A stretch of 64,000 bases of DNA from Camelus ferus (Eukaryota), in the NCBI RefSeq assembly GCF_009834535.1, contig NC_045697.1:60390001-60454000 (forward strand), read 5' to 3'. Position 1 is the stretch's first letter, and every line of letters begins with the position of its first letter. The notes beneath the pieces were generated by a model. That model was not told the DNA's origin, did no database searches, and saw only the letters and a program-made list of their open reading frames with translations. Both the position numbers and the translations under genes were made by a program. Shown one piece after another: positions 1 through 13,740 of the stretch.

Positions 1-174
1 ATCCAATTTAAAATCTTAAACTAAAATCCTAATTCTGAAAATTAAAATAGTAATGACAAAATGAATGAAAAATATCCACCAGCTTTAGCATGCTGCACCT
101 GGCAATTTAGTAGTATTTTTTCATCTGGCAATAACTTGGGTACAGACCTAAACTAATGCTGAAATTGTCTTGCT

Positions 175-1125
175 GCTCATAACAGTAGCCAGAGTGATCT
201 TTTAAAAACTAAAGTCTTGTCATGTCACTTTGCTAAAAGCCAATAGATTCACACCCACTATTCCTGGAATGCTGCCTCAGAGCCTTTGACACTGTTTTTG
301 CCTCCGCCTAAAATATCCTTCCCCCAGATACCTACAGGACTTGTTCCCTGACTTCACTATGTTTCTGCTCAAAATGTCACCAAGTCAGAGAGACATTCCC
401 TGACTACTATGTTTAAAACAATACATATCTGTCACTCTCTGCTCACTGAGGCTGACTCATTTATTTTCTCCTTCTTAGCACTTGTGCATTTAATTCATTG
501 CTTGTTCATCTTTGTCTGTTGTCCCATTAGAATGTAATTCGCACGGGAGCAGGAACTTTCTATGTTCATGTTCACTGCTGATCATCGTGTTACCAAAGGC
601 AAGTTCATGTGCTTTGCCGCACCATGAGGCCAAACAAACTGAAACATGAGTTTGGAGCAGAGAAAGGTTCATTGCAGGGCCCAGCAAGGAGGAAAGGGTA
701 GCTCATGCCCAGGGAAACCCAGAACTCCCCAAAGGGTTGCAGCAAAGCATATGTAAAGGCCAGTTAGGGTGAGAGGTTGCAGGGTACGTGATCAGCTCAT
801 GTACAATCTCTGACTGGTTGATGCTGAGATAACAGGGCGGTCAACACTATCAACCACTACCAACCCCTAGGTGCCAGAAGGTCTGGGGCCATGCACTCTT
901 GATCATCAAGTAGTCAATTTTTTTCCTTTTTGGGGTGGCTTTAAGCATCTTAATAGCTCAGGAAATATACGTGAGATACTATTATCTGTGTACCTTAGAG
1001 AGGAGCTGCAGCAGAGGAGATGGAGGAGGGGTCTGACCCTGGAAGTCCCCACAGGGTCCTGCTTGGTTACAATTACAGCTTAGAAAAGTGGGCCTTCAAT
1101 AAAAATCTGTTAAATAAATGAATAA
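175..1125 (+). mobile_element. LINE-2 (L2a-like) 3' fragment, split by an LTR at 588-1071
   Basis: Contains AGCCAGAGTGATCTTTTAAAA...CATGTCACT and ATTAGAATGTAA..GGGAGCAGGAAC..GTTCACTGCTG. The L2 tail TCAATAAAAATCTGTTAAATAAATGAA resumes after the LTR. Confidence 0.8.
588..1071 (-). mobile_element. ERV1-class solo LTR inserted into L2
   Basis: TGTTACC...GGTTACA inverted termini, ~484 bp, GC-richer than flanks, cleanly interrupts L2. The 4-bp flanks ATCG/ATTA are a possibly decayed TSD. Confidence 0.8.
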
Positions 1126-2899
1126 AATACTGTCATAGAATCTCTAATGGAAAGGAGGAGGTACTTGTTGGACAAATCCTCCTTTGATATTGAAGACAAC
1201 CAGCGGATCTGGTGGATGTGTTAGAAAAATTCATGACTTTATCCAGTCAACTAAAATTTTCACCTTTAATTTGGCTCTGTGTTATCCCATAGAGGATTCC
1301 ACCTGTATTACTTTAACTGACCTAACAGCGACCTAACTGATCCATTGTATTTGTATTTTTTTAAAGACATTTTGAAGCCAAACTAAATATTTTATTTTTA
1401 TATTGTTAAAAGAGAGAGCTTTGTATCTAAGACCAGCATCTTTACAGAAGACAGGTCCATGTAACTGCCAGTCACATACAGCCAAGAAAGTGCTACGATA
1501 AATGGAGTCCCTGATAAGAAGTGGCTAGAACTATAATACATGCCAAGCATCCCACTCATTAGAGAAAAGACCCATTCTCCTGACTAGTCACAACAAACCT
1601 CATTCATTTCTACCTGCAATGCATAAGTAAAAGGCAAGACCAGCAAAAACCCACTGCTTCAGAGTGTTACTTTTTTTTTTCATACAACAATGTGTCTCCA
1701 CTAACAGAGAGCAAAGAAAAATAGAGCTGTGGCTGCAGCAATAGAATTCATAGAAATATCAGCTGAGGTTTCCCTAGGGACACACCAGCAGAAAATTGCA
1801 AGATAGCATTTCAGTAAGGGATAAAAGTAATTCCAGAAGGTATGGAGAAGCCAGCCTCCCAATTCATTTATCAAAGTGCCTACAGCTCCCTTTTCAAGTC
1901 AGGTGAAACAACAATAAATATTTGCGAAGTAAATGAATCTGTACCCAAGGCATTTTAATAAATAAAAGGTCAAAAGAACACAGTACAGAGCTTTTAGCTC
2001 TTGCCAAATTCTGTTAAGTGAGATTTGATTGCAAAGGGGAAAAAATAACATAAAGGAAATAAAAATACAAAGAGCTGTTGAAGAAAAGCTGGCCCTACTC
2101 ATTTTATATTCATTCTTTGAATTTAATTTGAGTCATAAAATGCTCACATAATATACATTGCAGCAGGTAATTAGTAACCAAAACACAAGACCTAATGCTC
2201 CCGTTTTGGTTTAGTAGTGGAAAGAATTGAAAAAAAAAAAAAAAGAAGATTGAAAAATGCTTAGGACCAGAAAAGTTGAGTATTTATTTTACTAAATTGC
2301 AATGGGGAGTTAGAGGAATTTTCAGTTGAAGTAAGAATTCTTCTAGGGACAAGCTAAGATAATTCCTTTATTTCTGTTTCATCTGTCCCCAAATTGAGTA
2401 AACACATGTTTCCTTAAATTTCATTGAACCATCTAACAAAAATATTTATTTTGAAGCAATGTTTGCATATTTTCAGTTTATTTTCATTAAAAATCAAAAG
2501 TGTTTCCATAATAGAAATTAGAGTTTGGCACCAATCACATTAACAGTAACTGAAAAAAATTACAATTACAGTCTGAGAAATTTCCCTTGTGGTAGGCCAT
2601 ATTCTACATTGATAAGTATAAGAAATTGTGAAACAAAAATCTTGAGCCCTATGAATGGTTAAAATCAAATATAGCTCCAGGCTAGTGTAGCAGACAATCT
2701 CCTTTTTGCCAGGCAGGCATTGCAAGGCCGCCTGTCCATTGTGTGTTAAACGAGATTTGCTTTTTTGTTACCCTTTGTATTCCTTTCTTCAAAACATGGT
2801 TGACTTCAGTCAGTATTACCAAAAGCTTAAAGGAATTTTCAGTTCTCCTTTTTATGCCCATCAAGTCACTCACACAGTTCTTTCTATTTCTAAAAGGTA

Positions 2900-3270
2900 C
2901 ACACTTTTATTGTTGTTGTTGTTGTTCATCTCTAATACTATTGGGTCGATTTAGGTCTTCATCACTCCTCATCTGAACCGTTACAGCAGCCGCCTAAGTA
3001 CCGTTGCTTCTGATTATGCTGCTCACATCAGCTGGCTCCCCTCCCGGAGGTGTATAAAAACACCTGCCAGGGTCAGAGGTTGAGACCTTGTAATGCTTCC
3101 CTGTTACCAAGTTGAAGTCCTTAACACAACATCTGTAAGTCATTCTGTGATTTGGCCCTAAGATACTTCTCCTTTATCCCTCTTACTGCTCCACGCCCCA
3201 GTCACCACATTTCTTTGGCTTTATAAACATACCATGATATTTTTTGCTTCCTTGACATCACTTAAATGTT
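2900..3270 (+). mobile_element. Degraded L2 fragment
   Basis: Weak similarity to L2 (CATCACTCCTCATCTGAACCGTTACAGCAGCC; CTGTGATTTGGCCCT). Confidence 0.5.
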
Positions 3271-3315
3271 TACGGGTGTGTGCACTGTGTGTGTGGTGCA
3301 TGCCATGTCTGCAGT

Positions 3316-3321
<6 letters not shown>

Positions 3322-3396
<75 letters not shown>
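3322..3396. repeat. (TAA)25 microsatellite
   Basis: Perfect trinucleotide run read directly. Confidence 0.97.
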
Positions 3397-3399
<3 letters not shown>

Positions 3400-3400
<1 letters not shown>

Positions 3401-3635
3401 TAGTAATAGTAAAAGTAATCACTTCCATAGGTTTTTTTTCTCTAAACCAGGCCCTGTTCTAAGCAATATGTATATATAAATGCACTTAAATCTAACAAAA
3501 GATCCATGAAAGGTGTACTATTATTATCCCCATTTTATGCATAAGGGAACTGAGGCACATTTATTCTAATTCATTTACTCAACTAGTGAATTGGGAGCTG
3601 GAATATAAGCCTAGGGAGCCTGATTTCAGATTTTA
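3400..3635 (-). mobile_element. MIR SINE
   Basis: TATTATTATCCCCATTTTATGCATAAGGGAACTGAGGCACA is the reverse complement of the MIR core. Confidence 0.85.
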
Positions 3636-3989
3636 TGTTTTTAAATATTTTCTATTTTCTTTCTATTCAGTATTCTGAAACCAAATTTAGGATCCCCATT
3701 CTCCAAAATACATTGCATATATCCATGGGGTAAAAGTAGCTATGTATAACCACTATAATTCTTATATATTGAATTCTATTTTCACCAACATTAAAGCTAG
3801 CCCTTAGACTGTAGTTTCCATCAAAAACAAAAAATCTTTTTTCATTTATAAGCTTCCGAGCACATAATATAGCTGATAAATGTTTGTTAAACAGAACATC
3901 CTTATTTTTATGTAAATACATTTACATCAAAATCTGGAACACATATCTTGCTTTTCTGGGCTTCTCAGTAGTCCTATTTAATTGGGCCT

Positions 3990-4067
3990 TTTTTTCTCCC
4001 CAGTGTAAAATGAGGATAAAAATGACACCTATTTCATAACACTTTGTTGAGGAATAATTAGATAACG
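3990..4067 (+). mobile_element. MIR fragment
   Basis: TGTAAAATGAGGATAAAAATGACACCTATTTCATA..TTGTTGAGGA matches the MIR core. Confidence 0.65.
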
Positions 4068-7000
4068 CCCGTGTCTACCGCAAGATAAACACGACACTAA
4101 TAGATTGGCGCTGCTTATTCTACCCTTGTTCTAAGCAACTTTTGGTCATAGATATCGATTGTGAGTTTAAATCATTTAATTATGAAAATATTCCAATACT
4201 GATTTCACTGTATTCAACCTGTTTTTTTCCCACTTAATTTGTTCTTCTTTTAACAACAGTTCTTCTGTAAATTCTCCTTCACTTTGGAAAACTCAACCTA
4301 ATAAAACAACTTTTAGATCAGGACTATTGGTAATTTAGACTTGTCAGTTCTTGATGAGCCCCAGGAAAACTGCTGGAGTGTTTTGTTTATTTTTTCACGG
4401 CTGGTATTCTAAAGCCCTTTCTAAAGAAAGAAAGACTTTCCTTAGAATGAGGGCATATCTTAAAAAAAAAAAAAAAAAAAAAAAGACACTACCCTGAGGG
4501 CAGAAATTATTGATGGTATTATTTTTTCAGGTAAGTGAGGTTAGCCCGCTCAGCTCCATTCCTGCTGATAGCTGCTCAGGGATTTTCTGTTCAAGTGTTT
4601 ATGCCTTCCCTGTGTACTTCATAGAAACTTCTACTGATGGAAGAGTTTTGAAAATGACTTGTGTTAGCATATGAAAATAATCTCATCTTTAGAAACACAA
4701 GCACACTCACACTCACACACAAGCACAAACACTATAATGACAGTGTTAGCTGTTGCATGAAGACGCGACTTGAACGAGTGTTCCTGGACTGAATCTTGCT
4801 TTTGGAGGATGTCAGCTGGAACGTGTCAGGGGAGCTAATCATTTTGCCACATACTTGTCATCAGGTTCCTGATAAGAGGATTCAATATCAGACTCCTTCC
4901 TTGGTATTAAACACAATTTCTGAGTAAGATCACATATTTGCATGTATGTCAGCCTTGCTACTTTCCAAAATCCCCATTTCTGCATTATTTTCTGTTTCCT
5001 TAGGTCAGAGAACCCATAATTATTATGGCCATCGCAGTTTGATACACATTTTGCTTGTCTGAAAGAAGTGCTCCCTGATGTTCCTGTGTTTGTGCTGTTC
5101 TTTTATTCCTTTCACCTCAGACTTTTCTGGATCTCTACTAAGCAGACCTTGAACCTCAGGTTATGACATCCTTATGATATCACATTACAGTCTCTCCTTC
5201 TGTCTCCCCACCACACACACACACAATGACAGTGCAATATAACAAACATAATTTTTGTTTCATACTGTTTTCAGGCTATGATAGTCCTCAAATGGGAAGA
5301 ACATATAGATTTACATGGCATTATGTTTTCACTTATACTTAGTTTTTAATGGCTAATATATTATTCTCATTTCTCTTGACATTTACTCACACTCAGTCAC
5401 TCAAGGGTTATATCTCTTATACCATGTGCCTGCCTAAAAATTTCTGACATGACATGACAATTGTTTTGCATCTTATGTTCTATCACTTAAATATTTTTGG
5501 GGGAAAAAAAATGACTATTCAGCCAAAAGTTAACTGTATAACATAATCAATCTAAACAGTAGTATAGATCTTCATAGGGAACAACACAGAAACATGCTTT
5601 TTATCATGTAAAAAAGAAGTATTTAAAAATTATATTTAATAGTTTAAATATATATACAGATAATTTTTCTAGTAGGAACCTGACAAAACCATGATTAAAA
5701 GCATGATTCTGTTTGGCTGGAAATTTAAGCTATTAAGTTGCTATGAAACTCAAGGAAAAACCCTTCCCAAAACAAAAGTTTTCTCTGAAGACCTCTAGCT
5801 ATTAATTCTGAACACAGGAAATAAGATCAATTGGCTGATTTTAAATCCGACTACCAACTATTCAGATGGATTACATAAAGAGCAACAACAAAATAAGACA
5901 TATATACCCGAAAAAATACGTTCTGAAAGTGTAGATTGCAAGTAATTAAAATTAGTAATCTTGTATCGGAAACAACTTTTTCCAAAAGAGTGTATGTTTC
6001 CTTAGGAAGTTCATTTTATGAAAACACAAAACTTTAGTTACCTATTAAGTATACATATTTTCAAAAATTCTCTTAATATACCTTTTTAAAGAAAAAGACT
6101 CATTTTTCTCTCAGAATAATTACTTGTGATGACTGTACCAAGGACTTTGAAGTATAAAATATGGAAAACAATTTTAGCATGAAATAATAATTAGGTTGAA
6201 AGAATTTATACATTTTAGGGAAGATTTTATCTTTTTATTTACAGTTTTCAAATTTTACTTTAAAAATATTATGCATTTATTAAATGTATATTTTATGCTG
6301 AACACTGCATGAGATGTTTTATTTCAGTTGTTTTACTTAACACTCCTTGGGAAGAAAACTAAATTGTATTCTTTCCTTATTTGTCACAGACATCTATTAG
6401 ATTTTAAATATTCACCAGAAACTATAAATTATAAAGACAAACAGGTAGAACAGATTTCTCAATATTCTAATTTGAGGGGAAAATTTAAACATGTCTTAAA
6501 TTTGTTCTATTAAAACAGACAAATTTGATGAAAATGGAAAAAGTCAAAATTCATAGTTCACTAATATGAAGAGGTGATATACTCTGAAAGATACCGTTAA
6601 CTAAATTTCTACAAGTTCTCCAATATTAAAATTGCCTGATTTTCTCTTTTTTTGAAACAGATGAGGGATATTTATAGGATCTAGATAAAACATAGTGTTT
6701 GGTTTGAATGAAAACATTTTTCTACTCATAAAATTGCTGCCAGAGTTTGCATTTTTTTAATCCAAGATCTTGTATTCAGCTATTTAAATAAACTAAAAGG
6801 AGTTGGTTGTTTTAGAGGCAATTTATTTGCATATGCATTTAAATCACAGTTGTGATGGCTCCATAAACTATAATGTGTTTTTTAGATTCTGGTTTTGATT
6901 AAATCTGAATAACCTATATATTTTCTATTCAGGAAAAACTAACCATACATTTTATATAGCAGCCTTCGGAAATAAGTTAGAAAATAAAATAAAATTTTAA

Positions 7001-9160
7001 CCCCCTGATGTTTAAGCTTCAGTTCCCATTGTATTTTTCTCACCAAAAACGAAAGCAAAAAAAAAAAAAAAAAAAAAGAATCCATTTCATCATAGTTTTA
7101 TATAATCTTCATAGTAATCCTCAACATGGAAGATAATAGATTTTCTACCAAAACATGAGTGTCCATTATGGAAAACTGAAGTAGCCAAATGACAGCTGTT
7201 TTGAGTTTTCCTGTGAATTTGTCATATACCATCAGATTTTCTTCTTCCGCTGATTTACTCACCCAGTTTATTGAAAGTATTGTAATTTCTGAAATTGTCA
7301 CAATCAGGCCTCAGTCACAATGGTGAAATCCCTCCTGGTTGTTTAGCTTAAAATCCCCATCAAAAACTAAGAAAAATATTCAGGAGAGAGAAGACCAATC
7401 AGCAATTAGAAGCTTATCAACACTGAAACTATTGCCAATATGTTGGTAAAGAGGCCCTGATTAGCTAACTCCAAATTTCAAGATATTTATTTACTTCCCC
7501 TAACCATTGCAACTAAGTTTATAGAAGAAAGGCACCTAATTATCAAATAACATAATTTGTATCAAGAAGTTTCATAAACAAAGGGCAAATGCTTTCACTA
7601 TTGTTACTTATTAGAAAGAATATATTAATCAAATTATTTGTCTGAAATTGAAAATTTTAGCAGAAAACCAAAATCAAAGGAGTGAAAAAACATATTTACA
7701 CCTGAGCTTCTAATTTAAGGTCTGCCAGTAGTTATAGCACCCATTTAAAAAGCTGAATATCTCAGTCACTTCATCTTTCCTTTTTGAGGGGGAGTGTTTA
7801 ATATGATTTTTTTGTTCTTTTATTTCTTTTTCTACTTGGGACAATTTTTGTTGTTACTAGAATTCACATTTTCAATATTAATACTTGTCACTGAGAAGCA
7901 TTTCACTTACAACAGGCTGTCCCTTTGACCATATAATAATAGATATGTGTTCATTTTGTCCTTAAGTTAAGTAAAAATACTGCTCACAACATTGTTTCCG
8001 CTGAACACTCTCTAAACATAATAAACTTTTGAAGACTTCCTCGGAAGATGGCAGATTTAGAAAAATTATGAAGGTTACGGCTATGCATTTAGTCACAAAA
8101 ATATTCCCTTTCAGTATATTTAAAAACAAATCAATTGAACTGAAAGTTTCTGTAAAATTACTTTGTTTATGTTGCTGCTGTATAGACAATGACTAACTCT
8201 ATTGTTATTATGCATAGAAACTAACTTACTTATACTAATCAGTTCTACTTGATTTAATTTATAAAGTTTGTTTTTTTTTGTGTACACATCCTTATTTCTG
8301 AAGCAGTTGCTAATTGCTGTTTTAGGATTATTCCAGACATTGCAGGAGATACATAAATACATAAATGAAGTAACTCCTCATAACACAGAGATGTGGAAGA
8401 AAACAAGATCAATTAGCACTGAGATCATCTGAGCAGGAGAGATACTGTGAGACTGGGAAGGATTTGTTTCAGTAAAGTGGATGTATTGGAACATAGATCA
8501 ACCAAACACTTTATGTTTTGCTTATTAAATATGGCATAGATATCAAAGAATAGTAAAAAATGAGTTTAGGTAGATAAGGATGAGTGGATTTTTCAAGCCT
8601 GAAAGCTGGAAGAGATTTCAAAGTAATAGGAAAATCACTAGTAAAAATGTAACACTTGATAACTTTGATATTGACTTGCCAATATTTACTTTGACTAAAG
8701 GATTTTAGCTAGATGTTAACAGTTGGTAACTGAGTATCCTAGTATCATTAATATGCCTGACACAAGCAGAAACATTTTTAGCTGTCCTACTCTTTAATTA
8801 GATGGAGGAAAAGACCAAAATACAAAATGGGTATTTCCTCATAAAAGGAGGTCATCCCCAGATACTGCAAATCTTCTGTAAACATCAAATTACTTCTAAG
8901 AAAATATACAAGTGGAAACAAGAAGCTAGCAACTATGCAGAGCAGATGAAAAAAATCACCCCCCAGAAATGACTTGAACCTTTCTGGATTAATTTGTATC
9001 ATATGTAAATCTCCCTTTTTTCTCAAATCATCAAGTTATAATATTTATCTCAAATTAATTTTGCAAAATTCTTTGAAAACACATCTTTCTCTGTTTACTT
9101 TATTTTCCCAAATCTCATATTAAAAATGAAGAATAGTATTAAATTTATTTATTTATGTAT

Positions 9161-9520
9161 TTTCTTAGCCCATTCAGGCTGCTACAACAGAATGCCATAG
9201 ACTAAGTGGCTTATAAATGCTAAAAAGTTATTTTGCAAAGTAATGAAATCTATAGAAGTGTATAAGAGCAGGATGCCAACATGGTGGGGACCTGCTGAAG
9301 GCCCTCTTCTGGTTTGCAGACTGCCAACTTCTCACTGTATCTTTACCTGGTAGAAGATCTCTTTTAAGCCTGTTTTATAAGGGCACTAATCTCATTCATG
9401 ATGGTTCCTCCCTCATAACCTAACTACCTCCCAAAGGCCCCACCTTCTACTACCATCACCTTAATGGTTAGGATTCATTACATGAACTTTGGCGGTACAC
9501 AAACATTCATAACTTTCACA
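9161..9520 (-). mobile_element. MaLR solo LTR (MLT1A0-like)
   Basis: TCTTAGCCCATTCAGGCTGCTACAACAGAATGCCATAGAC ... AAGGGCACTAATCTCATTCATGA ... CCCAAAGGCCCCACC ... ACACAAACATTCA; clearly similar to the copies at 51931 and 56580. Confidence 0.9.
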
Positions 9521-11414
9521 TACTCATCTGTTGCCATTAGGCAGAATTATCTTCTTGTTTGAACTACTTGACTCAGTCAGTTGGTATGTTTTTAGTTAAA
9601 CAAATAGACTTGGATTCGAGGTAAAACTGCTGTAAAAAATTGTGGCAAACACATTTCACTGAGCTACCAAACCCATTTCTAATCAGCTAGATCTGTTTTG
9701 CTCACAGAATATGCAATAGAACGGAAACTACTGGATGAGGATTAAAAGTGTTAGCATCTTTGTTGGATAATATAATTTGGTAAGCAGTTCTAAAAGCTCC
9801 TTGGGAAATCATTAGCATTAGGAATTGAATAGCAAATGCCTGAACTTTATGGACAATCAATTCAGTAGTTATTTTATTGACCAAAGAATAATCACGAAAG
9901 AGAATGTAAATATCTTAATTTAAAAATCTTGAGGTTATTTTTTAAATCATAAACTCCACATTTATGACACTCTAGTTTTAGAACAGAAACTGAACACTCA
10001 TTTATGAATGAGACAGTATGTATTATATGAATGAACCATTCTGAAATCCTAAACATGTGTGATTATCTTCAAGGCATTTTAGGATTTATCTCCTTATTAC
10101 TGTGTAGTGATGTTAACGTTATAATGGCTTATACTTATTGCTAAATTTTAGGTTAAAAATGATAAAAGATTTTTAGATTCAAGTATCTGTTTACATAATT
10201 ACCTATACGTTTGTATCTACTCTTAATTTGGGGGAGAACTGAAATAAAAAGTTCATTGGAATTCAGTCTTCATATTAAGATTTTAGACCAAGTAAAATTA
10301 TGTGTACATAACTTTACCTAAATTAAAATTTGAAATACTAAGGCATATTACTGCGGCTTGATGTTTGCCTATAATTGCTTTTACATGATGTTAATGCCTA
10401 TATTTCTAGCCATGACAGATGAAAAAAAGTCAGATTATAAGACCAGATTCTGCCTCGACACGTAAATTTAATTGTGTGACCACTGAGTTGGCCATCAACT
10501 CAAAATTAAAAAGATGATTTATTTTACTATCTCTTGGGAGACTTATTTGACAAGGTATAGATCAGTTCATAGCTATTCAATATATGTCTGACACTGGCAC
10601 AATATTTAATTAGTGATTAATTCAATAAATTACCATGCCCCAGGAGAATATACACCTGAGACATTAATAACCTTATTTTAATACAGAATTTTTTGTCATT
10701 TTTATTTATTGGTGGTTTTTTAGTTTATTTTACATTGAGATGAGAATAGAGCCTTAAAAAAACCTGAAATCTAATGAAATAAAAGCTGGATTATTAAAGC
10801 TGAATGCTAAAAGGACCATTTTGAGAAAATAAAATGTTAAAAACAAACACAGTCATTATATTAAAATAATTCAAGATGTACTGTTATTTTGACTATAATG
10901 AGAGCAACAGAATTTACCAGCAGTTCCTGATTTGCTAATGTTTTCAAAGAAAGAAAAAGGACAATTTTTACATTTTATGGACTTACATCACAAATTCTAC
11001 ACGTCTCAAAAGCAAGGCTTTATGGATAAACATTTATGGTTGTGAGGCTTATCTATAAGAGATAAAAAATCTTGTTTGTTTTCTTTGTTTTCAGTGCTAA
11101 GGCATTTGTGCCAGTTTTATTTCCAGTAGACTTATCTTTAATTTCCTTAAAAAATGCTTAAATTAGCTTTAAGTTAAAACAATTGAAAATTTCAAGAAAG
11201 AAAAAAATACAGGAAAAGATGATATGCTTGATGAAGTTGGCTGCTATTATTTTTCGCTTATGATTTTCAATATGATTTCAATCTTTAGCAAATAAAAGGA
11301 AGCATATATCTTAACCTACATTAAGGGGAAATGACTACTTAAAGCTCTATAAATACATAAGTATTTTTTAAATGTGTTAAAAGAAGTTAATATTACCTGA
11401 TTCTTTAAAGACAG

Positions 11415-11560
11415 CAGCATTGCCCAAAATGGTAGCCATGAGGTCTGTGACTATGTACATTTAAATTTAAATTGATAAGTTAAATTCCATTAAGGTTTAT
11501 TTACTCAGACACAGTAGGCACATTTCAAGTGCTCCGTGTGGCTACTGGCTAGCACACAGC
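11415..11560 (-). mobile_element. hAT-Charlie MITE (MER3-like)
   Basis: ATGGTAGCCA..ATTTAAATTTAAATT..CACATTTCAAGTGCTC..GTGGCTACTGGCTA. Confidence 0.7.
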
Positions 11561-12588
11561 AACTAGACAGATCTGCAGAGTGACTTTAAAAAATAACACA
11601 CAAGAACTGTCTTATAGAAAGGTCCTACATTTCTCATTTTTAAAGACTGCTTTTTTTTTTTTTCTATGACCAATGCTAGTTGAATAGGAACACAACCTAG
11701 ATTTTCTCTAGGGAAAAGAGAAAGTGAATATATTTATCTTTTTTTAAATTTCCTTGATGGAAATAATACCACATAGCCATAGCCATCTACAACCACTAGG
11801 ATGCATAACTTTTGTTTCTTTAAAAAGCTGAAATCTGTGAGTTGTGAGCATGCTAATACTTATTTAAATCTCTCTGTGTATTGCTGGCACTGAGAATTTT
11901 ACTCCCTCCCAAAACCCCATTAAAATTAAAGTGTTTTTTTTTTTTTTTAAAAGGACTTAGACCAAGAAGTTTGGAGAGAATAGAGCAAGAGACACTGATC
12001 ATGGAAGTTTAGTATCTGGCAGGTAGATAGATGAAATGAAATAGATCTGAGTCAGCCTATAAGCCACTAATGAGGAGAATGTAGAAACAACTCATTATAC
12101 CAAAGAATCCTCAAAAATGTCAGAAAAGAGGACAGATATTTGCACTGAAACATTTACACAGGAAAAAAAAAATATATCGAGAATGGTCTCTATTCAGTAG
12201 ACTTTGATCTAAAAAATGATAATCAGAACTAGTAAAAATATTATTTAGTGTTTGATTTTCAAGTAAAAATATTATAGACTAGTGATTAGAAACTGTGGAA
12301 ATGGCTGTTTTTCATATACATATGAAGTATGTATATATACACCAGAAAATACAATTTGAATAAATATTGCAGGTAAATAAAAAATAAAATGCTGATAACA
12401 TATGGAAAAATACATTTTTAGAAAAATACTATAGAAATGTTACTAAAGATATATATGACCTAGAAATTAATTAAATACACGGATGTGTACCTAGAATTAT
12501 ACTATTGTTAGTGTTTCAATAATCAGTATGAAATATTTTCTTGCCTTAACATGCACAGCAACATTTTTATTAAAAAAAAAACAATTTT

Positions 12589-12738
12589 GCGGGGTAGGGT
12601 ATAGCTCAAGCAGTAGGGCACATGCTTAGCATGCACAAAGTCCTGTGCAGGAGGTCCTGGGTTCAATCCCCAGAACCTCCTCTAAAAATAAATAAATAAA
12701 TAAACCTAATTACCTCCCACACCAAAAACTTTTTTAAT
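12589..12738 (+). mobile_element. tRNA-Ala-derived SINE (camelid Vic-1 type)
   Basis: tRNA-Ala(AGC)-like head (TAGCTCAAGCAGTAG A box, GGTTCAATCCC B box), (TAAA)n, CCTAATTACCTCCC tail. TSD AAAAAC/TAATTTT at 12577-12588 and 12739-12750. Confidence 0.9.
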
Positions 12739-12894
12739 AAAAATAATTTTAAAATAATTTTATTTTGGAAATATGCATCCAATAAAATAAAACATTGTAT
12801 CAACCTCCATTTCAAAAGTGATAGATTTCAATAATTTTAGTATTCTTTTCATTCTTGAATAGGTCCCAGATTGGACTGTAATTTTGTTTGTCCT

Positions 12895-13740
12895 ACTGCT
12901 AACCAATGGAGCTCTCAGTGTGCCAGGCATAATGGTTGATACACATAATGGTCTGTCCTTGAGCACACTTGGATTGTTGGGTGACCCTATGAAGTAGGCT
13001 AATTGCATGTAAGATCATTTATCCTGAGTATTTGAAATAGTGAAATGTTGACCAATACCTTAGGTAGCCCTTTGAAGTAACAAATATTTCAGCTAGGTGT
13101 TTGGCTGGAGATTCAAGATACTGTTTCTAGGCATAATGTCAACTTTCAGAGAAGGCCTATAATCTCCAGAGCTCACTAGTCATTGAAATGTTGAGACAAA
13201 CCAAATGGAAAGAACCCTGAGTTCTGCCTGAAATGTCTTCCAGAAGTTTACTTTTAATTTAGTCATTAAAAAAATATATATGTATATATTACTAGCATTT
13301 ATACATTTTAAATTGATCACTTTTCATTTGTTTTAGATATCAGTGACCCACGCTAGACTTTTTGATTAAAACTTAAATTTGCAAATCTTTGAAAGGATAT
13401 AACTTACATTCTTGTCCTAATTGGGAGCTAGGTTCCCTTATTATTCAAACCTGAGAGCAGAAAAATCTGAAGATAAGATCAGGACTTTCCAAAGGAAAAT
13501 GATCATGAGTCTGCTCGAAATTAAAACTCCAAAGTCCAGCACTCTAGAGTATGAGGGGGATACTTAGACCAGGAAAATGTTGTCATCACATACACATTTT
13601 CAGATTTCCTGAGAGTAAGACTGAGAGTAATTTTTTAGCTCATTCTGTCATGGAGCCATGTATATTGGGTTTAGATTAATGTGGATTGGATTGGGCAAGT
13701 GGTAGAGGTCATTGAAGACCCCTGAGAGAAGCAGTATAAA
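12895..13740 (-). mobile_element. Discontinuous degraded L2 fragments
   Basis: GTGTGCCAGGCATA..GGTCTGTCCTTGAG and ATTGGATTGGGCAAGTGGTAGAGGTCATTGAAGACC resemble antisense L2. Confidence 0.5.

Noticed and set aside
4528..4536. CAG|GTAAGT splice donor
   Set aside because: No convincing upstream acceptor or promoter; isolated motifs are expected by chance in 64 kb.
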